Shown in pieces: positions 39,035-49,538 of a stretch of DNA of 64,000 nucleotides (its first letter is position 1; every line of letters starts with the position of its first letter). Where the stretch lies: contig JAEYPA010000081.1 of assembly GCA_023411225.1 (NCBI GenBank), forward strand, positions 2,229-66,228, written 5' to 3'. Both the position numbers and the translations under genes were made by a program. A model generated the notes under the pieces. The model had not been told where the DNA came from. It saw nothing but the letters and a program-made list of their open reading frames with translations, and made no database searches. The DNA is from Bacillota bacterium. Lineage in GTDB: Bacteria; Bacillota; Clostridia; Lachnospirales; Lachnospiraceae.

Positions 39035-39976
39035 CTACTTTTGCAGTTTCTTACGAATGCCCATAAACATGCTCATGGATTTCTTACCAGTAAACTGGCA
39101 GGTAAGAATCCTATATAGGATAGGAAATAGATATTTTAAAAACATAACCTTATTTAAGGTCTTTTTAAAGTTAATGGTTTCTACTTTAAACAACCAACAA
39201 TTAAATCTGTTCTGTCTCTGAATCAATGCAATACGCAATTTTCTGTGGTCAGGTTGTCTTGTTTTCGGTTGATCAAACACAAAGTATACTATTTTCTCAT
39301 TAATCAGCACTTCTTCTAGATTGTAGCCGGCCCGTGCCAAACCATGCAAAAAGGCATTTCTCATCTCGTAAGTAGGAAAAGTGAGTTGGACCTTCATGAC
39401 TAAATCCTTTGGTTTTGAAAAGGTTCCTACTGAAAATCCGGTGAGCCACCAGTGAAGCTGCTTTCTTCGAAACAACTCCTGACCTTTTCTCTCCAGAATA
39501 TAGGCCATTGAAATCCGTTCCTCATCGGTTGCACATTCAAAAAATGGACCTTTGAATATTCCAGGAATATCTACATCTGGTTTATCCGTATTATATAGAC
39601 CAATTTCAGCCCCTGTAGTTATTCCATACTGGCCTTTCCATAGTTCAAGGAGCCAGCGTTTCTCATGATAAGTAAAGTAAATAGGTTCGCTATCAAATAT
39701 CATATTCAGGTTAGGTGATAATTTGTCATATAATCCACAATAACCAACTTCCCTTTGCCAAGAATGCATCCTGGACTGCACAATATCATTACAGGCATTA
39801 TATTCAAACCCATAAGGGTATAATCCCTTATTAAACTCTGAAATTTTTTCCTTTTCTGTCATGGACATTACCTTACGTACTGCCCAAAGCCTGCGACCCA
39901 TGCTTAATCCAAATAGCAGTAAAACTATGATAGCTAAAATAAATAATCCAATCAGCCAAGCCATAATACACACCAT
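39035..39976 (-). CDS. DUF4474-like protein with N-terminal membrane anchor
   Basis: WQREVGYCGLYD, WLLELWKGQYGITTGAEIGLY, HWWLTGF. Confidence 0.75.
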   Translation of the reverse strand: MVCIMAWLIGLFILAIIVLLLFGLSMGRRLWAVRKVMSMTEKEKISEFNKGLYPYGFEYNACNDIVQSRMHSWQREVGYCGLYDKLSPNLNMIFDSEPIYFTYHEKRWLLELWKGQYGITTGAEIGLYNTDKPDVDIPGIFKGPFFECATDEERISMAYILERKGQELFRRKQLHWWLTGFSVGTFSKPKDLVMKVQLTFPTYEMRNAFLHGLARAGYNLEEVLINEKIVYFVFDQPKTRQPDHRKLRIALIQRQNRFNCWLFKVETINFKKTLNKVMFLKYLFPILYRILTCQFTGKKSMSMFMGIRKKLQK

Positions 39977-40053
39977 TTTACATGTTCTATGTTACTATAT
40001 TCTAGTAAAACAACTTGTGTGACTGGAAAACGCCCGTAATATACAAATTTCAA

Positions 40054-41961
40054 TTAGTTGCTACAGGCTTTGACATACTGTTTTTTGGTAATATAATAAA
40101 ATACTCCTTGGAAAATGAAATATGCCACAATCACCTTAATGTTATTAATCATAAATTCACGTAATACATCTGATCCCCCGAACATATTGGTTAACATATA
40201 GATAATACATTCTCCTCCAAAAGCGCCAAATACTAACGGAGCAAAGAAAATTACCGACAGTTCTTTCGAAATGATACTCTTCACTTCTTTTTGTGTAATA
40301 CCTACCTTATATAACTTATTAAAATTTTCCTTTGTCCGTGATAGTTCTGTAAACTGTCTAAAATATAATACTGTTCCACCAGAAACAAAGAACAGAATTC
40401 CTAATACTGTAGTCATAAACAGGAATGCAGAGTATGATTGTTTCAACTCCACATAGGTATCATAGGTAGATAATACTTTATACTCGCTACTTGCAAAGCA
40501 TGCTTTTAAATCAGATACAATATTCTTCGTATTCTTCCAATTTTCATAACCTATCATGTGATAGACACCCCAATTAATCTGGCCCTCCTCATGATATAAC
40601 TGAGCATAGTCCTCTGCATTGATTATTAGCATGACATCAGAGGGGTAAGATTGATTCGCAAAATAAGGGCCATGACTGGCAGTAACTATGTTGAACTCAT
40701 AGGTTCCCTTAGTTCCATATAAGGTAATACTGTTTCCTTCATCATATCCTGCGTATCCAGGCATCCAGTTAAGATTAATATTCATACACTGTCCTTTTTG
40801 TAACTGAACCTTTTCTCCGGTCAACCGATTATATGTTTTAATGGATACCATTGGAATTGAGGTTCCTTTGTTCTTATCTGCATAAAGATAGATAAAGTCA
40901 GCCTCTTTTTCATAAGTAACGGGCTCCTGATTAATAATCTCTTTCCTCTTACTATCCTCCAGCCTATTTATCGTTTCTGTTTCTACATATTCCACATTGT
41001 TACTGTTCATATCTGCTATCGACTCACTTAAGCCAAGCAGAGAGACTGGTGAAGCTACTAATGTAATAGTGATACTACTTAGAATACTAAGAACAAAGAT
41101 TATTCTTTTATTTCCTTCATATTTCTTCTCTGTTTCGGCAATAGAAAGTATTGAAAAACGACAGGCATTCTTAGCTCTCCGATAACTGATGATCATTTCT
41201 CCACCCTTTGATATAGTCAAATACATTCCGGCAAAAAGGAGTCCTATAAAGAGAAAGACAATCTTAACATCCGAATTGTACTTTTCATTGTTTAAGAGTA
41301 AAAGCACCATCCACAAGGAAATTAGCATGAAAATCACACCTAAAGCCCCTAGTATAGTGTTTTTTCTACTAGCTTTGATCTGAGGCATCTGCTTTGCTTC
41401 CTTTAATAAGCCTAAGATGTCTAGTTTTCTAAGTTTCATATTATTTTGGAAAAAGACAATGGCAAAGATCAATACAAAAACTATAATAGTAACTAAAAAA
41501 GCCATACCATCTAAATAGAACGATACCTTCTGCAAGTTTAGAATGTGTATGATTGCCATCTGAAAGATTCTAGATAATAAAGCTCCCACTAAAACACCTA
41601 TGAACACACTACAACCACTAATGATTAAATTCTGTACATTGATCAATTTACGGATTTCCTTGTTATCCATTCCTAGGGTAAGGTAGACACCAAGCTCTCT
41701 ATATCTTCCTTTGATGAAAGAATTATTGGCATAGATAATAAAGAAGATAGAAAATAAAGTAATGCCGACTATAGTTATAGGCAGGAGGTAACTCATAAGA
41801 TTCATGACCCCTCCTTCTGTTCCTTCAGTAATATCCTTATTAAATGCCAATGTAACATTCATAAAGAATACAATAATGGAAAAGGTACTGCATAAAAAGA
41901 AGGCTAAATACTGTCTCACATTTCCTAAAAAAATCTTTACTATCACTTGTTTAAAGGTCAA
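40054..41961 (-). CDS. BceB-like FtsX-family ABC permease
   Basis: RYRELGVYLTLGM, about 10 TM with a large extracellular loop; start placed at TTG 41961 (GGAGG 8 nt upstream). Confidence 0.85.
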   Translation of the reverse strand: MTFKQVIVKIFLGNVRQYLAFFLCSTFSIIVFFMNVTLAFNKDITEGTEGGVMNLMSYLLPITIVGITLFSIFFIIYANNSFIKGRYRELGVYLTLGMDNKEIRKLINVQNLIISGCSVFIGVLVGALLSRIFQMAIIHILNLQKVSFYLDGMAFLVTIIVFVLIFAIVFFQNNMKLRKLDILGLLKEAKQMPQIKASRKNTILGALGVIFMLISLWMVLLLLNNEKYNSDVKIVFLFIGLLFAGMYLTISKGGEMIISYRRAKNACRFSILSIAETEKKYEGNKRIIFVLSILSSITITLVASPVSLLGLSESIADMNSNNVEYVETETINRLEDSKRKEIINQEPVTYEKEADFIYLYADKNKGTSIPMVSIKTYNRLTGEKVQLQKGQCMNINLNWMPGYAGYDEGNSITLYGTKGTYEFNIVTASHGPYFANQSYPSDVMLIINAEDYAQLYHEEGQINWGVYHMIGYENWKNTKNIVSDLKACFASSEYKVLSTYDTYVELKQSYSAFLFMTTVLGILFFVSGGTVLYFRQFTELSRTKENFNKLYKVGITQKEVKSIISKELSVIFFAPLVFGAFGGECIIYMLTNMFGGSDVLREFMINNIKVIVAYFIFQGVFYYITKKQYVKACSN

Positions 41962-42715
41962 GGTTCTCACCTCCCACAATTGCTTGGCAATCCAAGATTT
42001 GATCAAAGAATTCTTTTCTCGTTCCCTTTCTTCTAATCTCCATATTGACGCTACCATCCTTAATAAAGATGACTCGTTTACAAAAACTGGCTGCAAATAC
42101 ATCATGGGTTACCATCATAATCGTGGCGTGTTTTTCTTCATTTAATCTTCCCAAGCATCTCATCACTGCATTGGCAGACTTGGAATCTAGATTACCTGTT
42201 GGCTCATCTGCAAAAATAATGTCCGGTTCATTCATTAAAGCTCTTGCTACAGCTGCTCTCTGCTGCTGTCCGCCGGATACATTGGCAGGATATTTTTTCC
42301 CTATTTCCGCAATTCCTAAGAACTCCAACACATCATTTACCTTAACTCTAATCTCTTCTGGTTTCCTATGATCTAACACCATAGGAAGCATCACATTTTC
42401 CTCTAAGGTAAGATGTTCTAACAGATTAAACTCCTGAAAGACAAAACCTATATTTCTGCGTCGAAACCTTGCCATCTCATCTTTTGATAACAGTTCCATC
42501 TGCTTATTTGCAATTAGTACCTTTCCACTGGTTGCTGCCGTTATCCCACTAAGAATATTAACTAGGGTGGATTTACCACTTCCGCTTGGCCCCATAATTG
42601 CCACAAATTCTCCCTCTTCTATGCTTAAGCTGACACCGGCCAAGGCTTTTGTAGCATTTTCCCCATTATACTCTCCATAAGTTTTTGTTAAATTTTCTGC
42701 AACTAAAACTGACAT
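41951..42715 (-). CDS. BceA-like ABC ATP-binding protein
   Basis: GPSGSGKST, VSGGQQQR, FADEPTGNLDS, VTHDVFAASFC. Confidence 0.93.
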   Translation of the reverse strand: MSVLVAENLTKTYGEYNGENATKALAGVSLSIEEGEFVAIMGPSGSGKSTLVNILSGITAATSGKVLIANKQMELLSKDEMARFRRRNIGFVFQEFNLLEHLTLEENVMLPMVLDHRKPEEIRVKVNDVLEFLGIAEIGKKYPANVSGGQQQRAAVARALMNEPDIIFADEPTGNLDSKSANAVMRCLGRLNEEKHATIMMVTHDVFAASFCKRVIFIKDGSVNMEIRRKGTRKEFFDQILDCQAIVGGENLDL

Positions 42716-42805
42716 AATATACCTCCCTGTCTTAAGGTTCGCTTTATGATTTTTCTATGTTCTAAAATAATCATACGCCCTAAGGTCATTTACATCCATC
42801 GAATC

Positions 42806-42823
42806 ACCTTACACAACCTTACA
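42806..42823 (-). promoter_or_regulatory. candidate OmpR-family binding site upstream of the bceA-like gene
   Basis: Direct repeat ACCTTACA-ca-ACCTTACA, period 10 bp. Confidence 0.5.
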
Positions 42824-43850
42824 ATTTTGCAAGATAAGTAAGGGTAACAGTAGTACCTTCCCCTACGATTGAAGTAATATTCAGTTCATGTCCTAACATC
42901 CGACAAACTTCTTTACAGAAATACAGACCAATACCACTGGCACCTTTTGTGTTACGTCCATTGTCTCCAGTAAAAAAAGGCTCATAGACTCTAGGCAGAT
43001 CATACTCCGGTATTCCTTTGCCAAAATCTCTGATTACCAAGGTTACTTTGCCCTCTTTCTGCTCCATGGTAAACTCCATTTTACCCGCCTCTTCCCCTTC
43101 AAGAGGTTTGGAATATTTGATTCCATTGGAGATAAGCTGTGAAATCACCAGGTTATTCCACTTGGCATCCGACAGTACTATAAGATCTCTATCCGGCTGA
43201 TTCATTTTAGGAAATACTCTGTTGTATATAAATTGCTTCTGATTTTGATTGATAATTCGGTTTAGGGATTCTGTAAGATTCACGGGGGCAGGCAGATAAT
43301 CCTTCTCAAATTCATTCACACGAAAAAGATTCAATACCATATCCAACTGCCTGTTCAGCTTTTCATTTTCCTCTGAAAATCCCAGAATCAACTCTTCTCT
43401 TGATATCTGATTCAACTGATATCGCTGTAAAATCAGATTGTTTACTGAGACAGGAGTCTTCATGTTGTGCACCCAGGTAGATAAAAATCTTGATTCCTCC
43501 TGGCTCTTCATTTCCATTTTATGAATCTGAGAAGAATATTGGCTATGTATCTGATAAATCTTCTGTTTCACCATAGCCTCACATACAGAATGAGTGACGA
43601 CATCTACATCTTGATGCTCTGCCATTGCATTAAGAGCCTTACAAAATGACATAAATCGGATAAATGCGATCAAAAAATAGATGAGATAGACCACCACAGC
43701 AAGAGTAAGAGGATATATGATTTCTATACTCCTATCCGTGGATATGGCATAAAAAGAGACAACCAGAAAAACCCCAATCAGATAAGTAATAGTTGGAGTC
43801 ATCTGGTCTAGAAAACAAGCTTTAAGTTGTTGTAAAATGTTTTTTCTCAT
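42819..43850 (-). CDS. BceS-like intramembrane-sensing histidine kinase
   Basis: Two close TM helices; WVHNMKTPVS, SNGIKYS, PFFTGDNGR, GIGLY. Confidence 0.9.
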   Translation of the reverse strand: MRKNILQQLKACFLDQMTPTITYLIGVFLVVSFYAISTDRSIEIIYPLTLAVVVYLIYFLIAFIRFMSFCKALNAMAEHQDVDVVTHSVCEAMVKQKIYQIHSQYSSQIHKMEMKSQEESRFLSTWVHNMKTPVSVNNLILQRYQLNQISREELILGFSEENEKLNRQLDMVLNLFRVNEFEKDYLPAPVNLTESLNRIINQNQKQFIYNRVFPKMNQPDRDLIVLSDAKWNNLVISQLISNGIKYSKPLEGEEAGKMEFTMEQKEGKVTLVIRDFGKGIPEYDLPRVYEPFFTGDNGRNTKGASGIGLYFCKEVCRMLGHELNITSIVGEGTTVTLTYLAKL

Positions 43851-44563
43851 GGATACTCCTCCATTTGTTCTGTATCCATATAATAACCAACACCTCGTTT
43901 GGTTTTAATCATCTCCACCAGACCTAACTCCCCAAGCTGTCCCTTCAGTCTGGTAATATTCACGGTTAGGGTATTATCATCTACAAAATCCTGATTGTCC
44001 CAAAGAATCTCTAACAAATTCTCTCTGGTAATGATTTCTCCTGGGCAGTGTAGGAAAGCTTTCATGAGTCGATACTCATTTTTACTTAACTCTACGGATT
44101 TACTTTTATAGGACAAGGTAAAATCTTTATCCTGCAATCGGATTTCTCCTACCTGGGTAACTCCTACCTGCTCCCCCTTTACATATTCTCCATAAGTTCG
44201 GCGTAACAAAGCATTGATTTTAGCCAGTAAGATAGGAATTGCAAAAGGTTTTATCACATAGTCATCCGCTCCTACTTCCATACTGAAGATTTGATCCATC
44301 TCACTGTTTCTGGCTGAAGTGATGATAATTGGGACATTCGATATCTTTCGAAGCTTTCTGCATATATGATTGCCATCGTAATAAGGCAGATTGATATCAA
44401 GTAGTACCAAATCGGGTTGAAATGCCTTAAACTGTTCTTCTACATGTTGAAAATCCTCTATGGCCAATATGGTATACTCGTAGTCCGTCAGCATTTCCTT
44501 TACCTGATTCCTTAAGGCCCGGTCATCTTCCACAATCATAATTTTCGCCATAGCATTTCTCAT
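43847..44563 (-). CDS. BceR-like OmpR family response regulator
   Basis: IVEDD, LLDINLPYYDG, GADDY, VDDNTLTVNITRL; true start may be 44551. Confidence 0.92.
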   Translation of the reverse strand: MRNAMAKIMIVEDDRALRNQVKEMLTDYEYTILAIEDFQHVEEQFKAFQPDLVLLDINLPYYDGNHICRKLRKISNVPIIITSARNSEMDQIFSMEVGADDYVIKPFAIPILLAKINALLRRTYGEYVKGEQVGVTQVGEIRLQDKDFTLSYKSKSVELSKNEYRLMKAFLHCPGEIITRENLLEILWDNQDFVDDNTLTVNITRLKGQLGELGLVEMIKTKRGVGYYMDTEQMEEYP

Positions 44564-44585
44564 CTCCTATCCAAATTAATTACTT

Positions 44586-45509
44586 TTATGCGGCAATCCT
44601 TTGTTTGGAGGGCAACTGCGCTATAATGATTGCTCCAAATACCAGAACAGAACCTATTGCTTCCCTTGTGGACAGATTCTGTCCTAATATCACTACGCTT
44701 CCCAAATACGCAAACACAGACTCCATACTCATAAGTAGGGAGGCCACTATTGGGCTTGTATTTTTTTGACATATAATCTGCAATGTATAAGCTACCCCAC
44801 TAGACAAAACACCTGCATAAAGAATAGGCTGCCAAGCCTTCAGGACATCTGATAGAACTGGCTGTTCAAAGATTCCCATACCAATCAGACTTAGTACTCC
44901 ACATACAAAAAATTGAATACAAGACATAATGGGTCCATTAGCCTTAGGCGAAAAGTAATCCACAACTAAAATATGTACAGAACAGCCAATCGCACATAGA
45001 ATAAGGAGAATGTCCCCCTTTTCAATGGTTAGCTGCTCCGTAACACATAGAAGAAAGACCCCAACCAAAGCTACACCAACACAGCCCCAGATACGCACCA
45101 TTACTTTTTTTCCTAAGAACAATCCAATGATAGGTACAATTAAGATATATAAAGCTGTTATAAAACCTGCTTTTCCAGGTGACGAATACATAATTCCAAA
45201 TTGTTGTAGGTTAGAAGTGACAAATAGAACTAAGCCACAGAGGATTCCACCTTTTACTTCCATAGAATGAAAAATTTCCTTTACTCTATCTCTATCTTGC
45301 GGATTATAGCATTCTCTCTTACTAGTACTAAACTTCTTCATTACTGCAATCACTGGCAATAGAACAAGTCCTCCTATAATAGAACGAATCCCATTAAAGG
45401 TAAAAGGTCTTATATAGTCCATGGCTATGCTTTGCGCAACAAATGCTAATCCCCAAATAAGTGCTGTTAACAATAAGATTGCGTTACTTTGTAATTGTTT
45501 TTTTCTCAT
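44586..45509 (-). CDS. DMT/EamA family transporter
   Basis: About 10 TM; IWGLAFVAQ, GVAYTLQ, ESVFA. Confidence 0.9.
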   Translation of the reverse strand: MRKKQLQSNAILLLTALIWGLAFVAQSIAMDYIRPFTFNGIRSIIGGLVLLPVIAVMKKFSTSKRECYNPQDRDRVKEIFHSMEVKGGILCGLVLFVTSNLQQFGIMYSSPGKAGFITALYILIVPIIGLFLGKKVMVRIWGCVGVALVGVFLLCVTEQLTIEKGDILLILCAIGCSVHILVVDYFSPKANGPIMSCIQFFVCGVLSLIGMGIFEQPVLSDVLKAWQPILYAGVLSSGVAYTLQIICQKNTSPIVASLLMSMESVFAYLGSVVILGQNLSTREAIGSVLVFGAIIIAQLPSKQRIAA

Positions 45510-45521
45510 AGTTCCTTTCTC

Positions 45522-46457
45522 CTAACGATTGTAATAACCTAACTTTCCTTTATCTTTGGCATTGACTATATAAATACCTACTACAACAAGAAGAAGTGCA
45601 ACCAGATTTTTCAGTTTTAGTATATCCTCTGATAGAAATATACCCGATAATATTGTTCCAAATACAGGTGTAAGGCAGTTAAATATGGAGATTTTAGTAA
45701 CCTCGTTGTATTTAATTAAAAGCGTCCATATTCCAAAAGCTGCTGAAGAGATAAATACCAAATAGGCAAATAATATTACCCCCTTTGTGGTAATATATCC
45801 CAATCTCCCTCCCATAAGGAAGCCTACAAGAAGTAAAAGTACTCCTCCAAAAGCAAGATAATACCCTGTAAGAACTAAGGCATCCATATCTTTTAAGATA
45901 ATTTTACTATATACAGAACCTAGTGCAAATGTAAGGGCTGCTATTAGCATAAACCCTTCTGCTTTTATATGAAACCCCAGATCTGTATCTCCCGAAAGGT
46001 TTATAAGAATGATTCCTGCAAATCCAATCAGGCAACCAATCGCCCTATTTTTATTTAATTTTTCACTGGTAAGAAAAAAATGGCTAAAGATTACGACAAA
46101 AAAGGTACCAGTCGCATTGATAATAGAACCCTTAGATCCTGACATATTAGAAAGAGCTATATAGAAAAAGAAGTATTGAAGAAAAGTTTGTACTATTCCA
46201 AGTACTATAACACCTTTATACTCCTTTCTTTTTAGCTTAAGGCTTTTCCCCGGGATTGCTAGTATAAGGAGTAATATAGCCAATCCAGCTATTAAAAAGC
46301 GCATACCGGCAAAAACCAGTTTATCTGCCATAATACCATCCTGTAATTGAAATAACTCATATCCTGTCTTTACTGAGGGAAAAGCACTTCCCCACAAAAA
46401 AGTGCATAAGGTTGCACATAAAATTACTACCATTGGTTTTCTTAATACTTTGTTCAT
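45522..46457 (-). CDS. DMT/EamA family transporter
   Basis: LWGSAFPSVK, RFLIAG, LTPVFG. Confidence 0.9.
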   Translation of the reverse strand: MNKVLRKPMVVILCATLCTFLWGSAFPSVKTGYELFQLQDGIMADKLVFAGMRFLIAGLAILLLILAIPGKSLKLKRKEYKGVIVLGIVQTFLQYFFFYIALSNMSGSKGSIINATGTFFVVIFSHFFLTSEKLNKNRAIGCLIGFAGIILINLSGDTDLGFHIKAEGFMLIAALTFALGSVYSKIILKDMDALVLTGYYLAFGGVLLLLVGFLMGGRLGYITTKGVILFAYLVFISSAAFGIWTLLIKYNEVTKISIFNCLTPVFGTILSGIFLSEDILKLKNLVALLLVVVGIYIVNAKDKGKLGYYNR

Positions 46458-47089
46458 TTATTCTTCTTTCCTGTCAGATAATAGACTGCCAACTGGGTTC
46501 TATGAGACAGGTCTCCCTTTTCTAGTATCGTGCTGATATAATTCTTAACAGTACCCTCGCTGATATATAACTTAGAGGATATTTCTTTATTAGATAATCC
46601 TTCACTGACAGCCTTAATAATTTCAATTTCTCGCGTAGTATAAGGACTAGCATCAAATTCTGAGGCAGCATAAATATCATGGTGGGGAAGTTTCTGAAAA
46701 ATGCTGTCATCTAAAACGTTAACACCATTATGGATGGATTTAATCATTTGTTTTAACTGATCTGGAGTATGGTTCTTAATCAAATAGCCTTTTGCCCCAT
46801 TCTCAATAGACTTTTTTACCAGATCATAATCATCAAAGGTAGTTAGAATCAGAACTTTGCCGCAGTCTTTCTTCACAATCTGTCTGGTGGCTTCAATGCC
46901 GTCCATGATAGGCATCTGCAAATCCATCAATATAACATCTGGATTTAGCTCCTGTGCCAAAGTAACAGCCACTTCTCCGTTGGGTGCACAGCCTAACACC
47001 GTAAAATCACCGTCTACATCTAGGATAATTTTCATTCCCTCTCTTACAAAATCACTATCATCTACAATCACAACACGAATTGGGTCCAT
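46454..47089 (-). CDS. NarL/LuxR family response regulator (YfiK/LnrK-like)
   Basis: VDD, LMDLQMP, LTTFDD, GLSNKEI, SEGTVKNYIS. Confidence 0.92.
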   Translation of the reverse strand: MDPIRVVIVDDSDFVREGMKIILDVDGDFTVLGCAPNGEVAVTLAQELNPDVILMDLQMPIMDGIEATRQIVKKDCGKVLILTTFDDYDLVKKSIENGAKGYLIKNHTPDQLKQMIKSIHNGVNVLDDSIFQKLPHHDIYAASEFDASPYTTREIEIIKAVSEGLSNKEISSKLYISEGTVKNYISTILEKGDLSHRTQLAVYYLTGKKNK

Positions 47090-47101
47090 ACTTCTCCTCC
47101 T

Positions 47102-48241
47102 CTATTTGAAAGGCAACAGCATATTAATGGAGAAGCCGTTGTCCGTAGTAATGTCCAGAATACCATTTATGGATCTGACACGTCTTCTCATCCCCTGAAG
47201 CCCCATTCCATCATGAACTTCCTTACAGCCAGATCCGTCATCTGTTATATTGCAACGAACCAATTTATTCAGTACTATGATAGAGATCGTCAGTTTTCTA
47301 CAGTTTGCATACTTTAATGCATTGGAAACTGCTTCTATACTGTTATCAAGTATAATATCCCAGATAGGTTCTGGTATCTTATTCTGATCTCCCTTTAGTA
47401 TTAGAGATGCTTCTATCTGATATTTATTATTACAGTCATCACATAGGCTTTGAAGCTGAAGGAGAGCCATACGGCTTTTGTTTGGTTGTTCTTTTCTCAA
47501 AAGACTCCGAATCTCGTCCATACTACCTCTTAAGTTGTCAATAACTCCTTGAAGTATATTAATTGAGTGTTCTGGTTCCTTCCCCATAATTATTTTTGCT
47601 GCCTCTAACTGATACACAGAACCATTGATGCTGTGTCCCAGCTTATCATGAAGAGCCTGGGAAAGTCGATTCTTTTCTTCCAACAACTGATTTTCGAAAA
47701 ACATGTGATTATCTCTTAGTTCTCTCTTATACATCATGTCCATCTGATTCATATTAATTTTAAGTCTATTTTCTCTGGTCTGATAGTACTGAAGTAAATC
47801 TTTATATTCTTTTATCACTATGTAATGTTGAAAATAAGCACCCAGAACTATGAGGCATATAAGTGCATAGGGAAATACATTCCCTTTAAATAGAAAAACG
47901 CCAAAAAGTACAATAAAGTACCAGCCTCCCTTGACATTTAGGTATACTAATACTTCCAAAAGCACTACTGGTAAAACATATGTATATTCCAAACCATAAA
48001 AAATATAGATAGACAACAAAAGAAAGACCTGACAGGCTATTACCTGCCAGTGTCTTTGATCTAAAAGTTCCGTTAACATTAGTCCAACCAGCAATCCACT
48101 ATAGAGGACAAATACTCCTACCTCCTTACCTATAGTAATGGAATTCTGTGTATTGTAATAAATAATCAACATAAGAATTATCACTGCTTTTACGATAGCA
48201 AAGTAATACTTTCTCATATTATCCTGCATGATATCACCCAC
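47102..48241 (-). CDS. HisKA_3 sensor histidine kinase (YfiJ/LnrJ-like)
   Basis: EKNRLSQALHDKLGHS, EAVSNALKY, DDGSG, GMGLQGMRRR. Confidence 0.9.
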   Translation of the reverse strand: MGDIMQDNMRKYYFAIVKAVIILMLIIYYNTQNSITIGKEVGVFVLYSGLLVGLMLTELLDQRHWQVIACQVFLLLSIYIFYGLEYTYVLPVVLLEVLVYLNVKGGWYFIVLFGVFLFKGNVFPYALICLIVLGAYFQHYIVIKEYKDLLQYYQTRENRLKINMNQMDMMYKRELRDNHMFFENQLLEEKNRLSQALHDKLGHSINGSVYQLEAAKIIMGKEPEHSINILQGVIDNLRGSMDEIRSLLRKEQPNKSRMALLQLQSLCDDCNNKYQIEASLILKGDQNKIPEPIWDIILDNSIEAVSNALKYANCRKLTISIIVLNKLVRCNITDDGSGCKEVHDGMGLQGMRRRVRSINGILDITTDNGFSINMLLPFK

Positions 48242-48275
48242 CTAATAACAGTGTATCATATATTTAGTCATATTT

Positions 48276-49535
48276 CTATTTTTTACTTGTCAGTCTTAGT
48301 CCTAACACTCCCATACACGCTGTTAGAGCAACGAATGCAAGGATAACTGCTGTATACATAAAATATCCATTGTAACTATTCGCAAGAAGCATATCGTATA
48401 GCTTCATACACCAGTATTGTGGCATAAGTTTGGATAGTGCCTGTATCCATATGGATGAGTTTGTAACCGGGAAGTATAAGCCTGATATACAGTTACTGAT
48501 GCTCCAGGCAAATACTCCTGCAAAGGCTACAGTGGCCACATTATTAGTAAAGGTACCTATGGCAATCGTAAGAAGGATAAGTACAATACCAGCCCCAAAG
48601 GATATAAATACAAACTGCGGTGTGGACAGGCCGAGATTATTGCCTAACTGGCTAAATCCAATGCAGACTACTATCTCCTCTATAACAAGAGTAATTAATG
48701 CAAGGATTAGTTTGACACAAATATAATTAAAAAAGTTGGCTTTGGTAAGGGTAATTCTTCTCAAAACATTATTATTCTTTTCTGTAACATAGATGCTTGA
48801 TATAAATACACCACTTAATAAAAAGGAGAGGCAGAAAAAGCCTAGTACATATCCAAATACATTTTTCTGATTTTTCTGTTCGTCTGTAAGTATCGTTAGG
48901 TCACCAGTGGACAATGTATGAACCTGTTTTGTAATCTCTACCTTAGTTAACTCTGATAGTAACTTATGAAAGTTCTCCTTGTTCTGTCCTACCCCATTGG
49001 CAACTGCACAGATATTCTTCAGCAGCATCTGACTATTGATTTTTAACATCTGGGCTCTTTCATCCTTTGTGGAGATATAGACAGTAAGGACCTTATCTGA
49101 CTTTCCTTCCAATATATTGTTTTCAAAATCTGATGGAATATAAAGAGAGGTAAAAAGATTAGTGCGTTTGGCTGTATAGGTAGCATTTTCTTTAACTTCC
49201 TCTTTTGTCAATCCGGATGCATCCACCCGATAAAAATGAAACATTGAATAGTTTGCTAAAGTATTTAACAGGTATTCACTTGTCTTTGAGTGAGAGGCAT
49301 CATATACCTTTACTGCTAGTTCCAATTGGTCCGCCATCTGTAGGAAATTATCATTCAATCCAATCTCTGTAATGCTACTTTCTTCTTTCACTGCATTAGT
49401 AGGGTCATCATTGTTTTGAATAAGCCATATCCAAAATAAGGATATCAATGGGACGCATATCACACTAATTAGGTATCCTTTATTACGTAACAAAAGTTTA
49501 AGATTTAGCTTCAACATTGAAAAAAATCCCTGCAT
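48276..49535 (-). CDS. ABC-2 type exporter permease
   Basis: N-terminal TM, extracellular domain, EKNNNVLRRI, GLYFP, PQYW. Confidence 0.85.
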   Translation of the reverse strand: MQGFFSMLKLNLKLLLRNKGYLISVICVPLISLFWIWLIQNNDDPTNAVKEESSITEIGLNDNFLQMADQLELAVKVYDASHSKTSEYLLNTLANYSMFHFYRVDASGLTKEEVKENATYTAKRTNLFTSLYIPSDFENNILEGKSDKVLTVYISTKDERAQMLKINSQMLLKNICAVANGVGQNKENFHKLLSELTKVEITKQVHTLSTGDLTILTDEQKNQKNVFGYVLGFFCLSFLLSGVFISSIYVTEKNNNVLRRITLTKANFFNYICVKLILALITLVIEEIVVCIGFSQLGNNLGLSTPQFVFISFGAGIVLILLTIAIGTFTNNVATVAFAGVFAWSISNCISGLYFPVTNSSIWIQALSKLMPQYWCMKLYDMLLANSYNGYFMYTAVILAFVALTACMGVLGLRLTSKK

Positions 49536-49538
49536 TTC

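Noticed and set aside
41962..42105. N-terminal extension of the permease overlapping the ATPase gene (similar extensions at 13425-13475, 24020-24055, 56065-56133)
   Set aside because: Longest-ORF artefacts; better-supported starts lie downstream.
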